Source of the DNA: Sphagnum compactum
Taxonomy: Eukaryota
NCBI GenBank assembly: GCA_965153455.1
Contig: OZ234493.1
Coordinates: forward strand, 24,170,213-24,234,212
Reading direction: 5' to 3'
DNA length: 64,000 nucleotides
Positions 51,101 to 64,000 of this stretch are shown here, in pieces (the stretch's first letter is position 1; the number at the start of each line of letters is the position of its first letter). The notes below the pieces were generated by a model. It was not told the origin of the DNA, searched no databases, and saw nothing but the letters and a program-made list of their open reading frames with translations. The position numbers and the translations under genes were made by a program.

Positions 51101-54100
51101 TGTTGCGTCTGCTTCCCAAAAAAAAATCTGGCCAAAAAAAAAGTGTTTTTGAGGAATTATTTTTTTTGTTTTTTGTTTTTGCTGCGGAAACTTAGAGCAG
51201 GGGTTTAGTAGAAAAATGTCAAATCTGTCTATTTTCTGCCCAACACAGCAGAGTCCTCACTATCGAAACCAACTTCTGGCCAAAAATCATGTGTTTTGTT
51301 CTTGAAGGGATTCTTTTACTGCCGTAGAACCTCAGAGCAGGGTACAGCATGAATCCCCATGTTTAAAAACAAAATCATACCATGTGTACACAACTGATAA
51401 GCATGATAATCCGTTTGATGATGCCTTTTTTTTACTGGAAAATTTTGCCAAAAAAGAGAAATAAAAAATTCAGTGTGTAACCATAAATATAGAAGGTTGA
51501 TAAAAAAATCTCTACTTCATATCTGGTTTATAGCCAGATTTGGGTAAATCTTCAAAAAGGGATGGTCACCATCTTCTCTACATCTTGCCATGGATGATGG
51601 TCACTAGTACAATGCAATATATACCAATTACAGGAAGTCCAAAACTATAAACACCCTATCTGCTATTCCCCAGATGTCCAAAAGAACAAGTGTCACATGC
51701 ACATACAACCCCCAAATATTTTGTCGTATTGTTGCAAATTGTCCAAAATCGATCCATTGCCTAACATCTAATTTCCTCTTTCTGCTTCTATTTATGGCTG
51801 GCTTGCAACACACAAAATAAGCAAAGAAATGGAAACTAGATGAATTACATTAAGCCACCTTGCCTTCACCAAGACTCTTTACAAACACATATTTTGGACA
51901 CACACAATCATATATTCGTCATGTAGATCAGCACCTTGGCCTCTCCGAGGTGGTGATTTGCAACTTCAGATAATTGTACTTCCAAAGCAAGTGATTACTA
52001 GTGTTGTGTGGTTACTAGAATTTTCAAAGAACCACCAATTCCAGGTTTTATTTCAGAATCAGAGAACCACTGACCAGTTCTGGATCCCTGCACTGGAAGT
52101 TATTAGAAACCAAATCTGCAACACCATATTCTAGTGTGGTAGATTATATGGTCTTCTTACCTCATGTCTAGCTCACTATTCACAATAGGAATTCTTCTAG
52201 CATGGAAGATACTAGTCTTCTTGATGCAGACGTCTACCTCACTATTCACAATAGGATTGGCAGCTTGCCTATAGACAGACATAATCAAAACGTTGGCGAT
52301 GAATCCTTACAACTAGAAAGTTTGGCACAGTCAAGCATCCTCCATAAACAACTAGCAGAATATACTGTCCATGGCACAGCTAACTATTCAAACTCCACTT
52401 AAGTCTTGCCTATCAATTTCCTCACGGCAGAAGACGAACAGACCAGGAGTTGAAAGTACCTCGTGCTTATGACCTCTCTTCCTACAAGGCACTTACACTA
52501 TACACTCCATTCCGAACATTGATGATCCAGAATTTGGAAAACAGAATTCAGCTCCTTGATAAACTGGAACAATGGGATCTTCCAGAGCAGATGTTCTGGT
52601 GATACAACCACTTGTCTGTACACCATCGCACCCACACTGTGAGAAATGTAAGAACCCCATGTAAAATGTTCAAAACTTTGACATATTTGCTTGCATAATT
52701 CTACCTTCAAAACTCTTCAACGAAACATGAATATTTTGTAGCCATTCAGTACAGAATCAGTACATATTCTGAGTCCTCCGGTCTGGTTGAGGCAGAGATG
52801 ACCTGGAGAAACCTGCATGGAAACTGGAAACCATGCATTGCACTGGCAGCCAGCAAACCACATGTCTAGCTGCTAGTACATTCCAGATATAAGGAGCACC
52901 TCTCTGTAACACAAATGTGTGACTAATGTGTCACTGTAACCCTTAGAAACAGAAGATGTCCACTGGGCCTCTTTTTAGTTTTTTGCATTGGAACTTTTGA
53001 CTCTCATGAACACTTTCTATCAAAAAGAGCAACTTCACTCCTCGAGTTTGTTGCTGAAGCCAAGTCCCACAGCAGAACACATCTCCAAACCAAAACCTGT
53101 GGAGACTCTATTGTGTAATCTGTAATTAAATGGATTCAAAATCTTCATTGTACACCAAAAATCCAAAGTATGTGCACATACTGAGCTCATAGTAACAAAA
53201 CAATCTTTCTATAATAATCACATGATAGCATCTAGTTGGTATTAGAAAACTAGAACAAAAGTACAGGAAGCAGACGGAATACAATAAGGAACACCAGCTA
53301 AGGGTGTGACCAGGTATATGATTTAAGGGAAAAGGATAGGTCACGGGCACTAATGACTCTACCCAGTTATAGACACTTCTGTAAAAGTCAGGAAGGAGAC
53401 ATCAAGAGAGAACACAATGAAGAGCAAGTTCCCAAGTCAAAGGAGGAGAAATGTCATGGGTGAAGTGATAGAAGGTGGAAATCAGCTTATATGATACTGG
53501 GTCATGGCAAACTTGGCCCTTTCTGTGATCTCTATTCATTGAGGCTGAAACTGGAGGATGCAAACTTCTCATTCAGAACATGGCAGCCCCATGTGGCCAT
53601 ACCCTGGCATATACACTTCCCTGCAGCTTCACCCAAAAATGCCTGACTGTTCAGCTTGGGCCTATGTGACCCCAGTTCACAAAGGCCTTTGAGATCCCCT
53701 CTAATTCCCCATTTCTGCCAAGAATTCCTCACAGGATTTAAACATCAACAACCACAAAGAAAGAAACTTCCTGGGCTTGACCAGATGTGAACATGTTTAC
53801 TCTCCAATTGCTTCATAGATTGCATGGCTCTGAAAGATTTTGCACTGTATTACCACCTGCAGGAGTACTGCCATGATTTTTCAAAAGAGAGTAGTCTTCC
53901 TCCAAGTCAATTTGTTCCCATGAATCAACCCTATTCCTGGCATTTTGAGCATATCCATACAGGTTATGCTCATTGGATCACCTAGGAATTGAGACTCTAG
54001 AATCTTATGAAGGCCTTGCCTGTTTATCATGGTCATGGAAATGACATCTATATCTGTTCCCCTGCCATGTGATGCATCATCAATCACAAGGTGTATGACA

Positions 54101-55110
54101 TCCTGAGTTAACTACCTTCCTGATCAAGGCAGATGAAACAACCTTCCAGAAGAGATCCCTCATGAGGAATTCAGTACATCCCTGCCAGAAGAACTCTGTG
54201 ACATCTCCTGAGTTGTTACTTTATAGAACTTTGCCATTGCTGATGAACCCAGAGCCTGTGAGCTGGAGCCAAACCACAAGCTAGGGTTTTCTCATGTGGT
54301 ACTGTGTCCAAATCATGAGTAGTTCCCTGGATCCGTCTATTTGATACCCATCACAAGCATGTTCAGGAGATGAAACCCAGTCCTTTGGGTTGTTATGCAG
54401 ACCGCTTGCATATCCACCGTGCCTACTAAATGAAAATTCATTACTTATATCAGAATTGAACCCTAATATCTGGAACCCAACTCACTTGTACAAAGCCAGA
54501 ATGAGTTTGAACAGTCATCTGAAAAACCTATGTGATGCCAGCAGCCAAAGTTACCCTTATGCCAGATACTGCAACATTCTTCTTCAGCAAGAGCTAAACA
54601 CATAAAGCAATCCAGTGTGAACCCCATTACAAGCAGTGAATGGTTTGTCTTGTTCCTTGGGATGGTTCAGAACATTCAATGACAGAGAAAGAGAGGGCAA
54701 GATTGACCTGACAATCAAACAAGACATGTATTGAAACATATTCACATATCATGCCAACAACCACCCAGAGAAGCATACTGAATGCCATGGAGGAAACTCC
54801 TGAGAAACTCCAATGCTTCAGAAATTAACCATGGCAGCCAAAAGTTCAATCAAGACCAAGAAATTATCAACAAAATTCTAAGTCTAGTGTTCTGTTGAAG
54901 TGTTCATACGTTTATAGTCCATTAGTGTCGTCAGGAGATGTGGTGAAGACAAATCCAACACTCCTGCATATGTGCGACAGGCTGCATTTTGGAAGGAGAT
55001 ATCTCCACCATATCTATTGCGAACCTCTTCAGTGTTTTCAACATCACACCAGCTTGCTCCATTGGACCCACCCCAGATATATGTTCAGTAGTGTTAAATT
55101 TGACAGACAG
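45150..55110 (-). other. possible spliced transcription unit (decayed gene or lncRNA); product not identifiable
   Basis: Lower TE density and higher GC. Exon-like blocks are bounded by AG/GT on the minus strand (~52500-52635, ~50267-50406, ~50022-50091, acceptor ~45741). No recognisable domain, and some blocks have stops in all frames. Confidence 0.25.
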
Positions 55111-57762
55111 AAATACTCTTGACGTTAGTAGAATTTGTTTCTCTTAACGTTTTCTCTTCCCTCTCCCTCGAACTGTGAAGTTCCTCATCATCAATGGCAA
55201 AACCTCTATGTCTCTCCCTCTCTCACCATAACCAAACATCCCGGGTGAACAGACACATATATTCTGTGGGCCACAATAAATAAACCCTATCCAAGACCTT
55301 ATTCTCGGCCTTTCAAAAGCCATCACCACCATCACTAACATTGTGTCAAGCGATCTGCTCTCCCCTTTTCTTAAAAGCCGCAGAAACGATTTGTGGTGTA
55401 TTTGGAGGAATGCTTATTGAGCATAAGAACCTGCAGAGCATTTCAATAAATGAAACCGCCACTGTGTTAGGGTAAACAGGCCAGTGACTGAACATTAGTG
55501 TGTCAGTCAGCTCTAGATCTTTCGATCTGCCTCCTTTGTTCCTGGTGTCTGAAGATAGATTGTACAGGAGTAGAGGGCGCACCAACGCCCTTTAAACGCC
55601 CTTTCAATCACCTAAATCGAGTCAAACTTGAGCAAGTTATGTGCCTCTAAAGATCTGATGATAAAAGATGAGAGGAAAAAAAAAAGCTTCAGACACATGA
55701 AAGCCCATGAATCTTTACTTGCTCACTTCAAAACTAAACAATGATATCCTCCTTTATGGACATCTTCTGTCCTAACGTCATCAGAACAGATGAAAGTGTC
55801 AACAATCACTATTTTCAAAATGATCGTTCAATTTTAAACATGTGATCACAATCTTCACAAAAACTAGGGCTAGAAATCGATGATGGTTGTGGGTTTAAAA
55901 GCAATCTTCACAAAAACTAGGGCTAGAAATCGACGACGGTTATGGGTTTAAAAGCCTCTGTTCATCTCATCTTGAACATTCGTCACCAGGATGAGGCATA
56001 ACAATGGGTGTCGGTTTTCTTAGACGTTGGTCACCAAGAAGCAAGGGTTTTCTTGAACATTTGTCACAAGGGAGAAGCATGGTAATGGGTGTCAGTTTTT
56101 TTGAATGTTCGTCACCGAGAAATTAATAATCACGTGATCAAGCTTCAAGCATGTTCGTCACCAGGCAGAGGTGGGTTTGTCACCAACAAGTGCGTGTCAC
56201 CAAGAAAAGTTGCATCACTAGTAAGCAACATGTCACCAAGGAAAAGATAACATCATGAAGAAAAGTTGAATCATTAGGAATAATGTGTCATCATGAAGAG
56301 GCAAGCTCGCATCACCATGAAAAAGATGCACTTGAGCTTGCTTGCCCATTGTTGTAGACTATTTTAATTGTATGGACATGTTTTTGAAACTTTCACCTTC
56401 AAACTCCATCGTTGTTATAACATGCACTAGTCTTTTGGGCATGTTCTTGAAACTTTGAGCTCAAAGTTTTAGTGTTGCTATAGCATATTTTTGTTTTTTA
56501 AACATGTTTTTTAAACTATAAGTTCAAAGTTTCATTGTTGATGTAGTCTATTCTAGTCTTTTAGGTGTTCTTGAAGTGTTGTCTCAACATTTTGGTTGTG
56601 TTTTTCATGCTCTTGAAGTTCATGTTGGCCTTCACGACTTCTTTTCCATGTTCTTGAAATGTTTAGTGATCCAAGATCATGTTTTCCTCTTGTGTTGGTC
56701 CTAGTGGTGAGCATATGTATCTTTCATATTTAGTCATCAAAAGGCAACAACCTTGCTATTCAACACCCTCTTGTTTGCTACTTAGTTCGTAGTTGCTAAT
56801 AACCTTTCATTGAACCCAAATTGTACATCCAAGATTCGCACCCATGTACATACGCAAATCTACCCACAAACCTACCTGAAATATAGTGAAATCTATCACC
56901 TCCTTGACAACTATTATAATCCAAGCTACAATAAATTGTGTTCTAGCACACTTTTTAGCAATTTTGATAGTTGTTTTATCTACTACAATCCCCAAATCTA
57001 TTGTTCTTTTAGTTCATTCCTCATCTTTTTTTTCTTTTTTTTTTTCCTTCTTTGGTTTCCTCTATAGATGCCTTATCCATGGTTTTTTTCCTTAGAATAT
57101 TCGACAAAAGTCACAACATGTGATTAACAATAATCAACTAATGGCTCCTAGGGATTGCTATTTGGTGAACGTGAGCATGAGTAGTGAGCATGATCGAATT
57201 TTTTGGGAATATTTTTCTAACACATAACACATAATATTGCATGATGTGAAGGAATATTCTATCACGTGTACATGGATGAAAAGTAAAAATGGATGAAAAA
57301 ATGGATGAAAAATAAAAACATATGAACAAAAAAAAAGGATGAACACAACATGTTCACAACTAAGAGTTATGTGTTAATCCAAATTCTATCGATTCACAAC
57401 CAAGAGGTATGTGTCAACTGAAACACCACATGTTCATCTCTAAAGGTATGTTCCCATTAGGAATTGAAACAATATGAGACTACACATTCTCTATAGCATT
57501 TCAACCTATTTTTTTTTTAAATTCATATTTTCAAGCCTCTTATGTCTAAGAGCATTCTTACTACTTGAAAAGTCAAATTGCATTCTTTCCCCTCTCACAA
57601 AAACTGCCTAGCTCCATCTTCTCTATAGTTACAACTCGTTTGTAAATTTTAAACATATATTTTACAATGGTTAAAATTCATAGCAATGGTCACACCAAAC
57701 ACCTTGGAAACTATGATTAAATAACACTTTAATTTCAAGCATACTAAGATAGAATATGTGAA

Positions 57763-60127
57763 ATGATAAAAACACTTTTGGAATATCCAAGAAATCCCAC
57801 CCTACTAGACCCCCTCAAGCAATTGCTAGAAATCAAAACATGGGGAAAAAAATGGAAAAGGCAAATTGACAAAACAAATGAATGGGCAGCATGGCGATGG
57901 GCGAAAACGAAGATAGATAAAAAAAAGTCTTACATTGCTCAAACAAATTGTAAACATTCCAAAGGAGGATATGGAAGAATACCACCAAATGATGTTTACA
58001 CATGCCATGGATTCACACGAAGAAATTTGCATATTTTCAACTATAATTTACAATTAATTTTTAGTTGTAAATGACATTTGCAATTAAAATGACTTGTAGT
58101 TGTGTTGGATAAGTTACATAAGACATTAATTGCAAATGATGGTGTCATCACATAAACAATGGATAAAATATGTATTTGAATTGACTGTATTTTTCATTTG
58201 TTGATCATATAACACATGCAACTATCATGCGACTATCATGCAAGTAGTGATTAATTTATAATGACCAATGTCATGTTGCCATGAAACATACTCAAATAAT
58301 ATTAAATAAATCAAATTTATTACTAAATTTTTTATCTCAACATTTTTTTTGAAGGTTTTTGATTCCCACGTGTGGACAAATAGTTTGTGCCAAGTGGTAA
58401 CGTTTATGATTTTTGAAATATTTAAAATAAAAATAGGTGGGTAGGTAAAAAAGTTTTAAATAGGTAGGTAAATAGGTAGGTAGGTAAGTAAGTAGGCCTA
58501 GATGGGTAAGCAAGTAAGTAGGCCTAAGTAGGGAAGTAGGTAGGTAAATAGGCCAAGGTAGGTAAGTAGGTTGATGTAGGTAGGTAGGTAAGTCTTAGAA
58601 CATTTTTGAATTTGTTTTGTTTTATTTTGGATTTAACCAAATTAGGGTTAAGTTTCTTTAATTGGTTCATCCCATATGGCAAATCTTGTGTATTTTAATG
58701 TTTACAATGCATCTACTTATACAGTTGACACAATTGAAAGGGAAACCAAACAATATGGGATAAAAAATATAGTCACAACCTAGTTGCAACTACATTTGCA
58801 AATACCTAATAATAATGATAGGTCCTAATGGCATCAAATATTAATTAAAAATCATTATTCATTAGTAATAATCATTTATTTAACATTTAATATCAATTGA
58901 TTAATAACTAATTTTAGTTTATTAATCACAATTATTTGAATATTAAATTTCAACTAGTTATTATTTAATTTATATTAAACGGATAATTTGTTAATATTAA
59001 TACGTTTAATTTTTAATAATATTGAATTCTAAATTAGTTAATAAAATAATTGTTTAATTAATATTCAATTAATGAATAATTATAATTCACTTAATATGTA
59101 ATATCAATCGATTAGAAATTAGTTTTAGATTATTAAATAATATTAATACTTATAATTTATTTAGTATGTAACATCAATCAGTTAATAACTAATTTCAGTT
59201 TATTAAGTAGTTATTTAATGTCAATGACTAAATAAATAATTATTAATTATAAATAATTTGTAATTATTTATTAATTTATTAAAATTTCTTAATATTTAAT
59301 ATTAAAAATATTAACTATTAATTATTAATAACTAGTTTTAATTAATTAATTATTCAATAATAATTAAGTATGTGAAAACTACTTGATAAAATTATTATTT
59401 TTAAAAAATTTACACCTTTAATATACCCTTTATGTATTTTTCACAAAAGCATTACATTAAACCTTACAAATATGCTAATAACATTCATAATAAATATTTA
59501 TTATATTATAAATAGATTTTTTAATTGTACAACTCCAAATATGTATGCTTATCATGCCCATAATATACATTGTACATCAATTTGCAACTAAATTTTTGTT
59601 ACACATGTATCTAATGGGCCATTGGAGCTTATTCATGGATGAATATAATCCTAAAAGCATTCACATAGGAGGATGAAGAAGATAGTACTTTCATATTAAT
59701 CGTAGTATAGTCGCAAATCCTCCCCAAATTTGATGAAGTTAGTAGGTAGTTGCAAAAGTAGTTGCAAATGACACATAGTCGCATGTAGTCACAAATAAGA
59801 TGGTTGCATATCCCCACATTTCTTCTCCTGATTTTTTTCCAAGAATAGGCAAGTTTGAAAAAATTGATTCCAAAACATTTCTTCACAAGCTTATTGAAGG
59901 ATTTGTCAACAAAGGATTTGGTAACCCTTGGGAACCTCCTATTAACCAAATTTATGGAACCTAATAGACTATTCTATGCAACTCCAACCAAGCGAAACTG
60001 GGTGCCACAAGATTTAAAGAACAAAAAGTTAAAACAACCTGTGAATCATCAAATGATAGGCTCGGCCCTAAAACCACGAGATGTTTATGGTAGTAAAAAA
60101 AAAGACATGCAAACAATTGAAAGATAA
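57763..60127 (+). pseudogene. decayed ORF of unknown family, copy 1 (split by the CACTA insertion)
   Basis: LDPLKQLLEIKTWG..IDKTNEWAAWRWAK..DVYTCHG | LIPKHFFTSLLKDLSTKDLVTLGNLLLT..YATPTKRNWVPQ aligns with copy 2. Confidence 0.55.
58014..59830. mobile_element. CACTA-like non-autonomous element with 3-bp TSD
   Basis: Degenerate TIRs CACACGAAGAAAT / ATTTTCTTCTCCTG and TSD ATT (58011-58013, 59831-59833). Contains GTTGCA subterminal repeats and a (GGTA)n tract. Removing it rejoins a coding-like sequence that is collinear with its paralog at 60.7-61.2 kb. Confidence 0.7.
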
Positions 60128-60689
60128 ACCAAAATACCATTCTTTGCAATAATTTGTGGTTCAATAAACTTTTTGATATGAATTAGGGTTGAAGTTGAAC
60201 ATAAGAGTTGTTTGTTGAAAAATCCTTTAAAAAGTTTGATTCTTAGAACTCCAAAGGACACATATACAATACCCATTTAGTCCCTGGAACTCCAAAGGAC
60301 GCATATATAATACCCAAGTAGTCCTTGGAACTCAACCAAAAACCTATAAAACACCCATATATTGATTAGATTGTCATTACATTTCCAATAAATTTTTAAT
60401 TGTATTTTCTCGCTCTCTATTGTATGTTTGCATTTTCAAGATCATCACTATCCACTTGCATTCATTATACCTTTAATATAATATTGCATTCCTATTACCT
60501 CAACAAAATATTTGTATCCTCCCACCTAATATTATTAATTCACATACTTAATTGCCTTACTCAGTATTAACTTCTCACTTGGATTTCTTCCAAACAATGA
60601 CAAATAAATTACTACTTTTTTATGAGCTACTACTAACAATTCAATGCATGATTGAAAACACATTGTTGCATTCAATTTTGGAAATAATT

Positions 60690-61190
60690 TTCGAGCAAAT
60701 AAAACGACCATGGCGAGTTCCTCAAAATGACAATCGATTCAACCCTTTATAAAGACTGTTAGAAATCAGGAAATGGGGCAGCCTACAAAAAGACAAAGTG
60801 GATAACACAAATGAGTGGGCCGCCTTATGGTGGGCAAACGAAAAGATGAAATAATAAGGTCCATTTATTGCCATGAATAAGCTAAGGCAAAACCTTCGAT
60901 CAATAAAACAATATATTAAAAAATATCATTAGGTGATGTTTAAACACACAATGGAATTTTTGAAACAATGCACAACCCTTAAAAACCACTTCCAAAACAT
61001 TACATTACTTACTTTCTCACAGATTTATCAAATGAAAACTTGGTCGTCTTATGTGGGTTATTAATAACATAAATTGGAAAACCCAAAAGAAGATTATATG
61101 CAACTCCAAGGAGGTAGGCATGGGTCCCACAACATGATAAAAACAAAATCCTCAAACTACCTATGAATTAACGGATGATTGGACCGCCAC
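60690..61190 (+). pseudogene. decayed ORF of unknown family, copy 2 (tandem paralog)
   Basis: FNPL*RLLEIRKWG..VDNTNEWAALWWAN..DV*THNGIF..PLPKHYITYFLTDLSNENLVVLCGLLIT..YATPRR*AWVPQ. Confidence 0.55.
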
Positions 61191-64000
61191 CAAAACCAAA
61201 AAAAGTGTGGGATAGTCGAAAAAGATGACACCCAAACCCCTAATGATAAAATAACGTTTATTCAATTGCATTATGTAATACAAACAACATATGCAATGTC
61301 TATATGTAGAAATCAAATGTAATCAAGGGAAATTTGATTGATATAAAATGGACTCAGTTGTAATTATGGATAAAAATATATTTTGTTAGCAAAATATCTA
61401 TGAAAACTAGAAGAACATATGTGATAATCGAAGCATGAAAAAATAAAACTATGAATGTGTATTGTAATTGAAAAGCAAAATTGAGGCAATAATGAATGAA
61501 AAGTTTTGTGTATGCATATGCAATTGGTACTTCTCACATAAAGGAGAAAGTTAATGTGTTGAATGTAAAAGATCTAACAAAATCTAGCAAGATCAATTTG
61601 TGATTTAAACAATGGCATTGAATCTTGAGATGAATTGGCACTAAGTGGCACCTTCTAAAACATTGTGCATTAAAGATCAACAAGGAAATATTTACTATGA
61701 TTGTTGAGATAAACAAACAATGATCGAATAATAAAATGTCAATAATTGAACGCCATAAATGTTTCCATCCCGCACACTAATAGGGATGTTAAAAAATGAT
61801 AAATACAAAATAGACACAACCATTTTCAACGATTGTATATAATGAAAAAGAGGCATGGTGGAAACAAAAAATTTCCATTGCAATGTAGGTTTGGAACTAT
61901 GAGAATGGCTATTAAAACTATTGGAGACTTACATCCATGTCTAAAAGTGGATCAGAAACAAATGAAAGCAATAGATGCAGAATATAGTGTTAGGGTGGGA
62001 TATTGGGCATCAAAAAATAATGTGAAGGAATACAAAGTCTATGCCACAATGATATGGATGTTTGACCCGGATTTTGTGAACAACTTGCGACAAGCTCCTA
62101 AGGACAATTCGTGGCCAGCTAAACTGACAACCACAATTATAGGACCTGTTTAGTATGCCAAGCAAAATATTCATTAATAGAAGTTGCATGCAAGAAATGG
62201 TCAGAAAATGAAAGTGATCTAAATAATGACAAATATGAATTGCTAAGTGATTAAAATACGATGCAAACTAGGAAGCACTACTCGAACAAAAAAGGAGCCC
62301 CAATGGAAGAGGAAAAAGGAACCCCAATGGAGGAGGAGGGGGACTCAAAAACATTATCGCAATCAACATTTAAAGAGGAGAAGATTGAAAAAACATGGAT
62401 AAAGAATGTTGTGGGTCAAACAACTGAATCACTATCGAATTGCGGCATCAAGAAGAATGTGGGTCACCATCATATGTTCAAGATCACATGTATAAGTGAG
62501 GACCATTAGAAAAATTGTAAGTACCCCATTTTTTGTAAGAATTTGGAATGCCCTATAAACAACACATGCCATTGTTAAGAATAAGAAACTAGAATCGATA
62601 GAACTTATTTCATAATATTGACTCATTATACGTAGTGGAAATAATCAACAAGGAACATAGTGAAAAAACAAAATTGGGAAAGATGTCAGAAGAGACCAAC
62701 ACTGAATTTATTTTTATTCTGCCAAAGAACCCTAAAAAAAGTGATGTGAATAGGCACATTAGAGATAGTGAAGATAACATCACAACTTTGTCAGGATGTA
62801 GGCATTCAAGTGCAATTGAAGAATTGACGGAACAATTTGTAGACAATTTCAATCTTCTTGGCTTCAAAGAGAAAAAAGCTTAAAAATGCAAAGTACCCCA
62901 AAAGGAAAAGATCTTGGAAAATAACATTTTAAAAATTATTTTAAGCAATAAAAAAACAAAGGATGCAACATCTTTTAGTGAAAAAGACACTTAAATAAGA
63001 TGCTAGTCATCATAGAAAAGGACATCCAAGAGTTTAAATACACATAAACAATGTACTAAATATGTCCATATTCAAGTTTATCAAGCATTGACATCTAAGA
63101 ATTCTAATCCAAAACAACAATGAATTAACACTGCAATCATACAAGTTTTAGATAATATCATGGTAGATTTATATATTCCATGGTGCACTTTCCATTTGTA
63201 GGACAATTCATATTTTTTTCTGATGTTTGTGCTCACCTTATTGGAGAAAGTGGAAGGGATATAAGAATTTGTGATTTCCTTCCACCTACATATGTTCAAC
63301 TCATTTTGATTGTCATATATATGAAAATTGTCATCTTTTTCCACCCAAACAAATTTGAAGTCATATGCAATGTCATATATATGAAATTTGTGATTTTCCT
63401 ACAAAAGAACGATTATGAACTCTTATGCAATATCATATATATGTTAAATTTGGGATATGTTGTAAGATAGTTAAAAATTTGAAGTTATAATAGATAAATC
63501 AATATTTGAATATGAAATTTGAAATCCGTTATAAGATATTCAAATATTTGAAGCCATTATTGATCAAATAAAATTTTATTATGGAATTTGTGATATGCTG
63601 GCACCATAACAATTTTGAATTTTACTCCAGTGTTAGATATATACAAAAGTTGTGAATTACATTGTGGGAAATAATGCAATAAGTATATTCAACAAATGCA
63701 TCCATACCAAGGGCTAGCAACTACCTATATAATGCTGACAAATGAAACATGGTTACATAAGTTAACAATGTTCAAAGCAAATTTACACACTACACATCAT
63801 GGATTTATTGCATAAGCATGAAGGGATTTGGTACACATGATAATGGCAATTTTTTTGAAAAGTCAATAGTAGTTTTCAAATTTGTAAACATTATTACATT
63901 GTTATATTCAATTTAGAGCCTAGTTAGTAAATCGCTTTTGTAGGAACAATATTTCACATGGGTTTATGATATGTGCATAATTAATTAGTATTTGTTAAGA

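Overview
AT-rich, TE-dense eukaryotic DNA. The repeat and TE families look like an early land plant (moss, Sphagnum-like); this is inference. No intact host gene could be identified. The main feature is a degenerate but structurally complete ~8.5-kb Ty3/Gypsy-type retroelement on the minus strand (6425-14917) with the order GAG(2x CCHC)-protease-C5 cytosine DNA methyltransferase (DNMT3-like)-RT-RNase H-integrase-PHD finger. It has TG...CA ends, a 7-bp terminal inverted repeat and a 4-bp AATT target-site duplication, but I found no LTR pair by eye. It sits inside a non-autonomous hAT element (6109-16441; 18-bp TIRs, 8-bp TSD GACCTAAC), which itself splits a decayed RLE-type (CRE/R2-like) non-LTR retrotransposon. 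The rest of the window holds a second, conventional decayed Gypsy (~33720-36100), hAT transposase relics, CACTA-like and Tourist-like non-autonomous elements, a probable Helitron, mini/satellite arrays, hairpins, a RING-H2 relic, a Myb/trihelix relic and a tandem pair of decayed paralogous ORFs of unknown family.
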